A model generated the notes under the pieces. That model saw nothing but the letters and a program-made list of their open reading frames with translations. It had not been told where the DNA came from and made no database searches. A stretch of DNA of 64,000 bases from positions 18,724,001 through 18,788,000 of the forward strand of contig CM022679.1 of NCBI GenBank assembly GCA_012295275.1, in the 5' to 3' direction. Within the stretch, counting starts at the first letter, position 1; each line of letters begins with the position of its first letter. A program made the translations under genes and the position numbers. This document shows, piece after piece, positions 22,801-35,900 of the stretch. Origin of the DNA: Chrysomallon squamiferum. Lineage: Eukaryota > Animalia > Mollusca.

Positions 22801-25195
22801 ATAGGAAATAAATCTAAATTTTTTCTCCTGTTATTTTAATTACTTTTTGTTTTTAAGAAAAACTTAACACTGTCTTAAATTAAAATCATGGCATGTTCTT
22901 AATTTAAAACTTACGTTGATACTATGTTACCTAGCAGCCTGGACACTGAGTAGTGTAAATTTAAATACTCACATGGGCACTATACTAACAACAGCACTAA
23001 GTATTTTGTGAATGTTGCCAAATCTAAGACTGTCTTTTAGCCTTGTCTCTTTATCAGCTTTTTCTTTTCCTAAAAGAAACATGTAATGTGTATATATATA
23101 TATATATATATACCACTATTTTTACCATAATTTAGTTGACTGAAAATATACATAATGGAGTTTTTTTGTGTTTTTTTCAGAGTTATATTTTAAAAAATAA
23201 CAACTAAAAAGTACAAATTAGGTCATTTGATCAAAACAAGCTGGCCATAAATTTCCTGGACCCTACAACTTAATTCTAAAAACTTCTTTCTGGCTATCTT
23301 GTATATAACATATTAATCACACATTTTGTTTTAAGCAGTTATGATCATAAACTACAGATATTTCAGTTTCTTTAAAGCTGATCTAACTGGCTTTGGATGC
23401 TGCTAGGCTAGTACTTTATTTCCTGGAGCATTCAGTAAACAAGAACAAGGTTTTTTGTTCTTAAATCGGCATGTAAATGAATTTATTTTTTTTTTTTTTT
23501 TTTTTAAACTAGGTAATTAATTCTAACAAGTTAAAATAAGAATTACTACATACTGTCACACTTTGTACAAAATTGTTTCACAATCATCTTCAGTCCTGCT
23601 TGAAGATATGATGTCTGTGCAGACATCAGATTCAGAAAAAACAATTGGTATTCTTTAACAACTTTTGGCTCATAACCAGGCCAGTCTATTTTCTGAAAAG
23701 AAGTGAAACCAGGTCAGTACTTTTTTCTTTTCTTTCAATTTATTTACTAACTGAATATCAACTTTCAAAATTCAAATTGAATTTTTTCATTTATTTTTTC
23801 ATTTACTTAATTATTATTAAAGAAGAGAATTTACATTATAGTAAATAAAAAAAAAAAAAAAAAAAAATTCCTACCAGAAGTAATCCAACAAGAATTTCAT
23901 GTTCTTTGTCAAGAAGTGAAATACATTCTCTCAGTTCTCTTAGGTATTTCAGAAGACTTGAAGACTGAAAGCAAAATCATTTAACAATATCAATAGAATC
24001 ATGTTTACTGGATACCACAATTAAAAATATACTCCACAATTCTATGGCACTGGCCAAATGAAGCTATTAATGTCAGGGTCAGTACTGATATATTAAAAAA
24101 AAAAACACACAAAGTAACAAATTAATAATTTGTTGTCATGATCTAAATGAACATTGGTTTAGGTTAGGTCAATATGTTTAATTTTGCAATGACCCTTGGA
24201 AGAATAAAATGAGTAATTGCTAATCAAAATTTTTGAAAACCAGATATTGCCTGCTTTGTGTTTGGCAGCTGAAATCAAAATTTGTCTGCATTGTATCTGA
24301 AATGCTGATACCTGTGTGACCTTCTTACCTCAGTATGGAAACATGAAAAATGTCCTAAACTGAGAATGCTGATTTGGAATAACTAGAAATTAGTTAATAT
24401 TTTAAACTTATATTTATTAATGTTTCATTTGATGCTGAATAGGAAATTATGAACTGATGAAACATACTAAAACCTAGCTCATATTAGGAAACCTCACAAT
24501 ACTTTTACCGCCAACTGTGGACAAGCCAGTCTGCTCAAAAATACGTCATATTCTTTTCTTGAACCCTGAAATTTATACAAAAAAATTAAAACATTACAGA
24601 AAGAAATAATAAATAAATAAAATATTACAGTATCAACATATCAAAGGAAACAATAAATAAGGAAGTCAATGTTGTATTTAACAATACACTCAACATATGT
24701 TTCTGGTTAGATCACCAAGTTATGAGAAAGGAAATCAACTGCTGCCTTCTGATTAGCAGCAAATATAATTTTTTATAAAAAAACCCACAAAAAAGGTAGT
24801 ACATGTAGTTCTGGAGCATTGGCTGGTAGGAGAAACAGTTCAATGGGTCTATCAAGAGGGGCTGATCCAATGACCCACTGCATCTTGATCAAACAAAACA
24901 ATAAATAATAATAAAAAAAATAATTACTAAACACCTTTTGGTAAAGCCTTAGTTTAAAGATAATCTATAAATGACACTATTTGTACTACAGTTAATTTAA
25001 ATGTTTCTTATCCATGGTAAAAGCAAAGAAAGGTTCTGAAGCAGAATTCTGACAAAGTCTGACTAGAAATAAACTGGTAAAAAAAAAAAAAAATCCTCAT
25101 TTCACAAGATGTTTGTGTCTATTTTATTTCACCAACATGAAACTCACTTTATTATATGCTTCCAGAATTTCTGCAACTGTCATTGATGAATCCAT
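16804..25195 (-). CDS. RRN3: RNA polymerase I transcription initiation factor RRN3 (TIF-IA)
   Basis: Fifteen coding exons: 25195-25148, 24565-24509, 23964-23875, 23692-23554, 23069-22973, 22507-22339, 22077-21997, 21282-21168, 20883-20756, 20356-20226, 19780-19605, 19125-19017, 18818-18666, 17324-17246, 16932-16804. Total 1701 nt, 566 aa. Motifs HVQFIMFYLCSFK, HRPFYSVCQAVFYVFCFR, LNFQRIVTSRLNPLKVC, NPFDFFFPFDPYLL. The start codon is less certain than the gene body. Confidence 0.95.
24655..24890. mobile_element. Degenerate SINE-like interspersed repeat, copy 1
   Basis: Shares ordered motifs with 56460-56690 (AAGGAAA..CTGCTGCC/CTACCGCC, TAGCAGCAA/TAGTAGCAA, AGTACATG). Resembles a gastropod tRNA-derived SINE as I recall it. 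Confidence 0.55.
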
Positions 25196-25310
25196 GTCAG
25201 TAAAAGTTACTGAAACAAAGTAGCCAAAACATTTTTAAATAAAAATTGATAAAACACAGATTTTATAAATAACAGTAAATAACTACTAAAATTATTCTTA
25301 CACTACTCAA

Positions 25311-25583
25311 ATTGGATTTAATGTGCTTGCCACCTATAGGCTAAAGACATTTTACTGCCCCTCCTCAAGGTTCAAGTCCCCCTCATCCTTCCCACTTAGT
25401 TTATATAATATGAATGGTTGTAACTTATGATCTAGTTGAAAGCAAAAACATGGTTTTACATTTACATGATTTATTTATAAATCTAATGTGAAAATATGAA
25501 TTTATGTAACATAAACTGCGGCCCCTATCATCCTGCCGCCCTAGCCACTAGGCTAGAAAGCCTATATGGGAAATCCAGCCCTA
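25311..25583. mobile_element. Possible small MITE remnant
   Basis: GC-richer ends (GGATTT...ATAGGC and GCCTAT...AAATCCAGCCCT) are partly inverted around an AT-rich centre. Confidence 0.35.
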
Positions 25584-26826
25584 ACTGCATTGACATCTTT
25601 TTTAATAATCACAACTGAATAGAGTAAAACTGATTTGTAATACTGATATAATTTATTATTTAGTTTAATGGAAAAAGTGATTTCTTCATATTTTTAATTT
25701 TTAAAAAAATTTTGTTATTTTTATTTAATAATTATTTAAAATGTTAAATGGCAAGATATCGGAAATATATGCTGAAAAATTCAGCATTATATAAATATTT
25801 CCTAGATGAATAATTTTCATGTATTATTATTTGTAAAATATGGTCAGCTTTCTTTGTATCTTTATATGTTGATGATGCTAGTGCTATTTGGAAAAAATGT
25901 GTCATCTAAATTTAGATTGCCATCTCAACAGCATATGTGCTTAATTGACAATAATTAAGACTCAAGAAATGAAGAATATTCATTTTACTAGTACAGTAGA
26001 TGTACATGTACTGAACCATTTACTGGACAAGCTTGGAATCAGAGGTGTTCCAGATTACTGGATACAGGCAAAAATCTTTATTTTTAATATAAAATAAACA
26101 ATGAAAAATAAATAATTAAACTGTATTTAACAGATACATATTAAAATGCTTCTAAAGCAGGGCCTGTTTGATCTTTATTCATTCATTTTAACAAACCTAG
26201 TCGTAAAATAACTAATTGATCATTTGATGCAATTTCTAAAAAGATTCCAGATAACTCATTTTATAAAATATAACCACCAAAATACACAATATTGTTCGTA
26301 GGATTATCATCTCAGTATCATTTTTGTTATGTCCAATATATTTAATTAGCATGAAGCCAATCTATCATTTATGTTTTCATCTTCCTTTCTCCTTAAGCAT
26401 CTTACTGATAACGTGATGTAGACAACGATTAAGGCTTTCATTTTGAAGTGCTAGGAGTATGACGTTCTGCGTGATACCTCCATACCATGTGTTTCTTTCG
26501 AACAATGTGAATGACATTGACACAGTACAGGATTTCAACTGATCAGTATTAATTGAACTGGTATCTTTTATGCTTCATATAATTACCATTAGGTATTATT
26601 GATTACTAGTAATGACAACGTCCTTGGTAATAACTAGCTGGCTGAATTGATAGTTGTCTTAATTATTAATAAGCGAAAGTTTCGCCGAAACTCAGAAAAA
26701 AACTGGAAAGGGTTCCGATCCTTCAATACACGATTTAAAAAATATAATATTAGAAAAAACCCTAAGTCATTTCGAGCACTATAATATATTAATATTATCA
26801 ATGGAAATTTTTTGTAACATACTTAC

Positions 26827-26910
26827 TAATGCTGCAAAATTAAAAGAAATATTGTATCAAACATAAACCGGTGATACACTGGTACTCGCCATTTTGGATT
26901 TGTGCCGTGT
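26827..26910 (-). promoter_or_regulatory. RRN3: Probable first exon of RRN3 with a YY1-type motif
   Basis: CAAAATGGCG on the minus strand (26896-26887) and a consensus GTAAGT donor at 26826-26821, in a locally CpG-containing patch. Confidence 0.6.
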
Positions 26911-27604
26911 ATACGAAACTAATAACAATAGTAGCTAACCCACTTTAAACGGTAAAACATATCAACTTAAAACTGAATTTATTATTATTATTATTTATAA
27001 ATTACATTTTTATCAATTTTTATTTATATATTTTTTTTTTCACTAGTACAGTAAGTACTAGTAGTAGTAGCAGTACACTCAGTAACACTAGAGTGTTACA
27101 GTGTAGTAATAACAAGTGAATGCATTATCATTATGCATACCGAATTATAATTAGACTTAATACCAAGTCTGATGAGTTAAAATGAAGCCTAGTTTTAAGT
27201 GAGAGTAAAATAGAATATTATGTGGTAGTATCACATGGAAAAAAAAAAAAAAAATAATAATAATAATAATTTAATAAATATACTGTTATACATCATTTAG
27301 TTTTAAAATACCAACATACTTATTATTTATTTATTTTAATTTTATTATTAACTTTTCTTGTTGTTTTCAGTTTGATTCATATCTGTTTCTAGATTAGAAA
27401 TTATAAAAAAAGAAAGAAAAAAGAAGAAGACAAACAAATATTTATAAATGATAATAAATTTTATATTTCTTTATATTTATTAACAACATTGTGCAGGCTT
27501 CACATTAATATTATAAATGTAGGCCTAATATATGGTTACCAAACAATCTATATTTTAAATTATTATTGCACTTTAAACATTAATACTGACACAGTTGTCA
27601 TTGT

Positions 27605-27830
27605 TATTTTTCTTCATAGATGTTTTTATTAGAGAGGAAGCGTAATGATTATATAACAAAATTATATTCATTTCATTTGAACATTTTTTTATTTTCAATA
27701 AAGCCATAAATTTAGTTATTCTTGGTAGATATCTATTATTTTGGGAGAAGAGGAAAGCTTATAAAAAGTATTATATTCATTTCATTAGAACAAATTTTTT
27801 TATTTCTAAGTGAAGACAAAAATGTATTTC
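27605..27830 (+). repeat. Degenerate tandem duplication, unit ~110 bp
   Basis: TAGAT..TATT..AGAGGAA..ATTATATTCATTTCATT(T/A)GAACA..TTTTTTATTT occurs twice, with cores at 27661 and 27770. Confidence 0.6.
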
Positions 27831-28849
27831 ATAATATATGCAATGTTTGAGATGGGTGAAGGGATAAATACATACACTGAATAGGTATTTAAGTATGATA
27901 CATGCTGATCATTGCTTTTAGTGTCCGAAGTCAACTTTCATTTGTATTAATTTTCCTTCAACTAGAATTATGCAAGAAAAATAATATTTTTATTTATCAA
28001 GGGTAATGGCTGGAGTTTTTTGCTAACATAGCCATCATTTGTGAACATGTAGCCAGATTTCAAGGACAAAGTAATTTATATAATAATTAATAATTTTAAT
28101 CAAATTTCAATAAAAATTTCTTCAAACTTTACGTAAATAATGATGTGAATATTCAATTATAGAACCTTATTGCATTGATTTTACACTGGACTGAATTTTA
28201 ATATATTTTATCTCTAAATTTTGAATTTGCCAGATACCAATTTGTTCATATTAAGTAATATAAATTACTGATGAATGATTATGGTTCAGTTGAAAAAAAC
28301 TGTCAAAAACATTTTATGTTTCAGTCAGAGAATAAATCAGAATACATATTATTTAATATCTACTTATTGTAATTATGAATTTAAAAATGATAAAACTATT
28401 ATATATATATATAAAGACAAACACTAGAAATTTATACACAAATTTATCACAGCTTTCACCAAATAATATACATCAATTAAATACACAATAGTGGAGACTT
28501 TCAGTGTAAGCAGAAAATCTGCATGCTGTATTAAATCGTTTTACTTCTGTTTGCCCATTTTTAAAATTAAGGTAAAGCTTTTTTTTTTTTTTTTTACTTT
28601 CTAGTTTCAATTCTTATTTTTTTTTTTTTTTTTTTTAGTTCCTTCCAGTATTTAATCCCTTAATATATATATATTTCAACAAAAACTAATAAAATAAATT
28701 GTGAATCATTTACATTCTTCAAACTCCTTTCAGAACAATAGCATTGATATAAAATCCAATATAAATTTTGTTTTCTATAAAATGTATCCATACCAAACAA
28801 ATATTAGAATAAGAACACAGCATTAATACAACTTCTTTTACTGTGTATT

Positions 28850-31561
28850 TTATGTTTTCCTTCTTGTTATATGATCATAAATGACAACTTGAGTATAGCG
28901 AGGAGTTTCGATTACTGTCCGAGTTGAATTATCTCCTGGGGTAGCTGCCTGCAACAGAAATTGACAAAATATACATCAGTTTTTTATGTTCTTACACTAT
29001 CTTCTTCTCAGAATATGTACATTTAAAATATACTAACTATAATTTCAAGGGAATTATTACAGTAGAAAGTCAAATTTGTATTTTCCTTTTTCCATAGTGT
29101 AGAAACATTTGCATAATGGTATACAGTAACATATTGCCATTTGATCCATTTGGTTGAAGATAAACATATTCTGATCTAATTTTTGAGGCAGGTTATTCTA
29201 GAATGATTAAAACATTCATAATCTCAGTATGAATAATAAAGTAAATTTCAATATTTTCATACCAAAATATTAAGATGCAGCAAATAATTAAAAAATAAAA
29301 ACATTGACAAGGATGTATATATATTTTTTTCAAAATCGCAAATCCACGAAAATAAATACTTACAATATGCAGTTAGTATGTTATCTAGTTTGATTTTAAT
29401 ATTCAGTGACAAACCTTTGGATCAACATTAATTATTTTTCTGTCACGTTTGTTTTTAAACAGAAGTCCAGATGCATTCTCAGCAATAACTTGATAATTTG
29501 GTGTTGGACTGGATGTAGATGTCTGTGTTTCCCAGTTGTAAAAGCTGTTTAAAAAAAAACAAAAGAGAAACATACTGAAGAGCCTGTTAATTGCTTATAA
29601 AAACATTTATTCTTTTAGAACTAATTTGCCCCATTATTTTTTGATAGACATAGATTAACCCAATATAGTTAGTTTTGTATGACAAATGACAGAAAAATTA
29701 AAGTTAAAGTTTTCATCTAAAATGCAGTGCACTGAACTATAAAATTCCTTGATTTACTGATACTTTTTATATCTAATAATTATATAATAAATTATGACAC
29801 TGACAACATTTTTGACAAGTTACCTTAAATCTAATGGCCTTGGCAGCAAACGTTTTCTGCCAGCAAAGTATGGCTCAAAATCTTCTGTTTTTAAACGGTG
29901 GGCATAGTCAATATAACCAGAAATCTCCTGACCTCTAGCATTTTTGTCCCGAACAAAAATTATGGTCTGAAATAGAATATTTCAGAAACTGCTTTCATTG
30001 TAAGCTCATGAAAATTATATAATTTTGAATAGAAAAAATTGAAAATTAACAAAAGCAAAAATCTGATATGTTTTACTAAAGAAACTTACTGTCATTTTAC
30101 CACTTCTGTTAGCTTCTTCCCTCTGTGCCAATGCTTTCAGAAAAGGATCTTTCAACTCTTTTCCAGAACTTGCTAACGTTCTAGAATAAAATACAATTAA
30201 TACTAAATATATCGTTAAATGAAGTCGAAGGTTGTAGGAAAGAAACAGGATTTTCAGATTTTATTTAGTTAAAATATGAATAATTATATGCTATATTATA
30301 CAAAATTATTTTAAAAATATAACAGGCCTCATTCAAGATTTGCAAACTAAAAAACGAAAAAGCAAATACAGAGACACAAGATATCAGGCCATCAAATTCT
30401 TACAAATTATATGCTTGAATAGGGTAATTTAAAATAAATATCTGATTAGCATCCCATTCTGACTTCATATCCTGAATAAATGTATTGTTTTCACTTTTAA
30501 TATTTTCAGTAAAGTCACTCTAAAGTATCTGTGGCTGGACTTATCACTTTAATTAGAAACAAGTTAGTATATTTCTAAAAACATTATTTCCATAGGCAAA
30601 GAAGTTTTTAATTAGGTGTGTGTGTGATGTATTTGTTTTTCTATCTTAAAAATAAAGATAATTTTATTGCAATTTAAAATTTATTTTATCACTGGTCAGC
30701 AGAAATAAAAACTGGTATATTTTATTCAGCAAAAAATACAGTATTGGAAATAATTATATTTGGTGTACTTTATTCTAACTGGTAAAACAAACATTTAAAG
30801 ATTTTATGAAAATTTGGAAAACGTGTTAACACAATGAATGTAAAAATAAATTAGTTCTCCACAACAGAATTATATTACACATTTTATTATTAAATTATTA
30901 TTAATGAAAGAAAATAAACATATATTAGATGTGTGACCTTACTTTTGCTGGCTTCGTTTTGACAGTCTGCTAGCCTCAGCAGCTGCTTTTCTCGCTTCAA
31001 ATTCTTCTCTTTTCAGAACTTCTCCACTACCACGATAGCCCAGTTCAACCAACTGTCGTGCCAGTTCTTCATCCTGTTTTCAAAAAATATGAAATATTAT
31101 ACTAAAGAAAATTATAATCTTTATTTTATTTATCCTTTATGATCTAACTAATACTAATAGGTAAAGATGGCGAAATGAGTACAAATGGAAAAATGGATTT
31201 CTTATCTAAGCTACACAACACATTACGATTATCTATATAATAAATTTAGCTAATTAATACAAATCAATATATTTTCTACACATAAAATATTATAATCTCA
31301 GTTAAACAATGTTATCTCTAAGTAATTTTCTTCAAGAAATAATTTCGAATACCGGCAATTACGAAAACATATTTCTACCGATAATACATAATTTAAAGTA
31401 TAGTTATACATTATTTCTTTAAGTGATTTAAAACTGTCGTGAAATTAGAATACCTCAAGATAATAAAGATCCAAAGAATTAATCTGTGAATCCAAAAAAT
31501 CTTCGTATGTGTTGAATTCAGTAACAATGTTGTCACTACCGGTTGGAACCTCTTCTTCCAT
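28850..31561 (-). CDS. CFAP299: Cilia- and flagella-associated protein 299 (C4orf22, DUF4464)
   Basis: Six exons: 31561-31454, 31073-30943, 30180-30090, 29966-29824, 29544-29415, 28948-28850. Total 702 nt, 233 aa. Translation includes [44 protein letters not shown]...[19 protein letters not shown]...[14 protein letters not shown]...YDHITRRKT. Confidence 0.95.
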
Positions 31562-31805
31562 TGCGAAAATACAGTTGTTTACCTCAACCACTTCACTCCC
31601 AGGATGTCTATCCGCTTTTAAATATAACACATTAATATATCTTTTTAAAAAATTGATCGTAACTGTAAAATCATGAGATTTTTCTATTATTTAAAAAAAA
31701 AAAAAAAAAACTGTAGGAAGTAAAAACATGAACAGTTTGTTATCTCTGATAACTGTAACAATTAAGATAGAAAATAACGCCTTAAAGTTGCGCATTTATA
31801 CATCA

Positions 31806-31819
31806 ATCTCTCTAGCAAC
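31806..31819. promoter_or_regulatory. RFX X-box-like site in the divergent promoter
   Basis: ATCTCTCTAGCAAC has a good TAGCAAC half-site and a degenerate other half. It lies between the starts of CFAP299 and the coiled-coil gene. Confidence 0.45.
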
Positions 31820-32270
31820 GATTCGAAGCCCGAGTTTCAGCGACACAGTGTATTTTCGTTCGTATATTCATTTTGTTAACATATTTAAAAATAAACGATA
31901 CAAAACAAACAAAATGTTTAAATAGAAAGAAATACTATGTCTGATAAAAATTACACATTTATAAATCAAGTCCAGTGTGAACTGAAATTTTTATCTAACA
32001 TGCAATAGCATTCAACTGTGGAGCTAGTTAAATGCCATTTTGAGTGCGGTGCCAAGGAAAGTCGGACATTTACTTTGCTTTCTATGAAGTTTGGGAATCG
32101 CCGACAGGTTATATTGAATACTATACTGTCAAGGTGTTGTCAGCTACTGTTACTGTGTCAGTAAACATATTTCAATTGCAGTTCTTTTGCGATGTCTTTT
32201 TTCATTTTTCAAAATACTTTTTTGTAATGACATTTGATTATTTTTTAAAAGGAGGAACCAACATAGGATA

Positions 32271-32301
<31 letters not shown>

Positions 32302-32922
32302 TACTGGAATTTTAAACTTTACTAATAAATTAATTTAAAACAATTATTTGTAACCAAATTATTATTAAAATGAAATGAATAATAATAATAATAATAAGAA
32401 TTAGAATTTTGGATTGATCATTAGTTATCATTAACATACATTTATAGGAATATAAAAATATTACTGAGTTACCTATTTACATTTTTATTATTGTAAATTG
32501 CTTATATATGAATACAGATTTATCTGGGTCTATAATATATTTAAAAATTTTCTCATTTATAAGAGATAAAAAACATTTCTTTATCACCTGTGTAAATATT
32601 ATTTAGTGAATGCTTAATCAGTTTCTGATCAATCTAGCAAATATATGTGGAATTCTGACAAAAGCAGGAAATGAGCTGAATTATGATTATGAAGTTGATC
32701 CCACTGAAAGAATGAAATATTGTATTCACTATGCCCCCCCCCCAAAAAAAAACTATGCAGACAGTGAAATGAAGATTATTGACAACATTTTTCAAACTGA
32801 ACTTCATGAAGCAGAAAACAAAAAATAATGTCATTTTCATTCATTTAAAATTAACAATTTGTAGTCCTGACTTGTTTTAAAATCAGTTTTAATTTGTTAC
32901 ATTGAATTTTCAGATATTTATA

Positions 32923-35900
32923 ATGGTGCTAACAGACTTGCCATTTAAAAAGAGCTCGGTGATTCATGGACGATATAATCTAATCCGACGACCAGATAGT
33001 GCTCCACCAGGCCAGGGTAAGGAGGAAAAAGCTAAAGCAGAGGCTGCAAAAGAATGCAAACAATATGCAGCATTTTTAAAGTGAGTAGCATAAGATGGTT
33101 AAAACATGCAGTTTTGTCAAACACCAACCCATTAAATATCAGACATATTTTTAGTATAAATGTCTCCCAAAATCTCTCTTTTGCTGTTTTGAAAGCTGTA
33201 TTACTACTACTAGCCACCATTTTGTATTTTTCTGTGCTTGAAAATGAAAAATCCAGTTTATTTTCAACTGAACACCTACATTAAAATAATAAGTAATCCA
33301 GAAATATAAAAGTAGTGCAGTAGTTGGATTTAATTCAGAATTGATATGGCTACCAGGATGTATTCTTAGAGGAATTTTTCCTTGTTAAATGATATCCTGT
33401 CCGTAACATGATGCATGAAAAATCATTTACTACTATTATTAAAAGCAATACTGTATGGTAAAGGAAGTGTCCTCTTTATAACAGAAAAATTGTAAATAAT
33501 ACTCATAACTAACATTCATTTCAATGCAAGTAATGAAAGCTAAGGAATAAATTCGAAAACTGAATAAATAATAAAAAATATTTACTCTACCATTCTTGCC
33601 TACAGTTATTCTTAATCTTCTTCATCTTTTGCTATGTATCTTTAAAAGAAGAAAATTCTGTAAACTTTCAGTTTATGATTCTCCCGTAATATAAATATGT
33701 GTGTGGGTGTACAGTGACTTTCAAAAATTGGTTATTATTAACCTTTTCTAAATATCTCTTAATTCTGTATCCTATGAAATTAATTTTTTGAAATATTTTT
33801 CTATCATCACAGAGAACAAGAAAGAAAAGTTGGACCTGATGGCTTTGTTGATTCAAAGAAATTCAGCCATACTTTTGATGTGCGCAAATCTAGGTCAAAA
33901 CCAATATATGCCAGTCATTCAGGATCTGTAACTAATGTTGTTCAGTTATCAAATCGAGTTGTCAAAGACAAAGAAGATTATGAAAAGCGAATAAAAGTTA
34001 TTGAGGTATTTATATATATAGGGTATTTCAACCATAGCCATTGTAGAAACAGTGATACAATTAGAAAGAACATTCCAGAGCAATGGTCACATGATTTCCT
34101 AGTCTTACGTCTTTGTAAAAATGTCGTAACTTGGTACCAGATTGAGCTAGGAAGATCTTTTACGATCATTAAACATTTTGTTTGTTACATCATTGAAAAG
34201 ACTTTATGAGTAGGTTCTATCAGTTCTATCCTAAATTTCTGGTATTAACTAAATACATAGCGTGTTTATACTGATATTTTATTTGTGTCTCAAAACCTAA
34301 TTAAATGTCATTTTCTAACATCATAATTTCATTCTAACTGTACATCATTAGTGTTACTTTTGTTTATAACAGGATCATATGTGGCAACATAAACAGGAAG
34401 AAAGGGAACTGAAAAGAGTTGAAGGTGATATTATCAAGAACCAGCGAGCTGTCAGGCACACCCTCAGAGATTTTGAAAATGGTAAACAAATTAAAGAACT
34501 CTATGCATTTCTTTAAATGTAATGTTTTCCCTGAAAATTGTATAAATGAAATTCCTTCCATTTTTTTAAATTTTGAACTGTAAAATAAAAGTTATTATTT
34601 TGAAATAAAGCTTATTTATTTTCAAAAAGCTACTTGAAATTCTTGTCATCAAAAGTTTCAGGAATTAAATAGCTTTTTCTCTGGTAGAGAATCCATTTAA
34701 AAATTGAAATAAAATTATTTTGGAAAGTATAGTTAAATTGTTCAAATACATTTTGCACAGATCTGTTCTTATTTATTATTTTATAAACTTTTATTTCTCT
34801 TAAAATATATATTAATAGTAGATATAGCCATTTAGTTACGCTTATGTTAATTGATTGATCCTTATGGGTATGTATGGATTTCCAGCAAAGTATCACCATT
34901 AACCTCATAAGTTGTGATAAAAATGATCTTATTAATGTTCAGTTCTTCAGCTTTGTCAAAAATAAAAGCAGACTCAGTTTAATTATTATATATTCACTTG
35001 CTAGCAATATGGGTGATTAAAAGTGCATTTATATTCAGTAACCATTTTCTTGATAACTAGAATGCATATTCTAATTTCAAATATGGTTAGTTAAATTAAT
35101 TTCAGTACAGTACCAACTGCTTTTTTAAAATGTTTTTGCATAAGCCATGATAAGGAGATAAGCATTACTACATACATTTAATTAATAACACATTGTTTTA
35201 AATAAATTTTAAATATATATTTTTTTGTTTAATCATGCATCTGTTTATCCAGTCACCATTGGGCTTTTTTGGCCTTGTGTAATTTATACAAGCTAAGATA
35301 AAAACATTCTATTTTTCTTGTATTTTTTCCAGTAATTACAAAAAAGAAGCTGGCAGAGGATAAGAAGTTTAACCAGTCTATGAATAAATTTACCAAATTA
35401 TCTCAAGAACACATTCATAAGAAAGAAGATGTATGTGTGATAATTATTTAATATCTAGTTCCAGTCCAATATAACACATTTCATTTGAGCTTTAATTTTA
35501 AAACATTATTAAACAATAATCATAATGGAAAAATTACACATTTTATAACATTATACACTTTTTGAAATTTTAATAAAGTAAAAAGATCTTATGTATAGAT
35601 GTTAATTGTTTGTTTGTTTTTGATTTGCTTAACCTTTTAATATTAACTGCTTATTTACAGCTAACAAAACAAAGAATTGAAGCTAAACTTCTCAAGGAAC
35701 AAGAGGAAAAGTCAAGTAGCAGAAAAATTCTAGTCCACAAGTAAATAACTTATGTATTTATTTGTTTTATAATTTGTTATTTATAGTGCCAGCTTTATTA
35801 AATTAAGTGTAATTTATCAAGAAATTATTAACATATTGGAAACAAAGTAAAAAGAACCAAATATCCCATATGCAGGAAATAATAAAATTTTGAAAATAAA

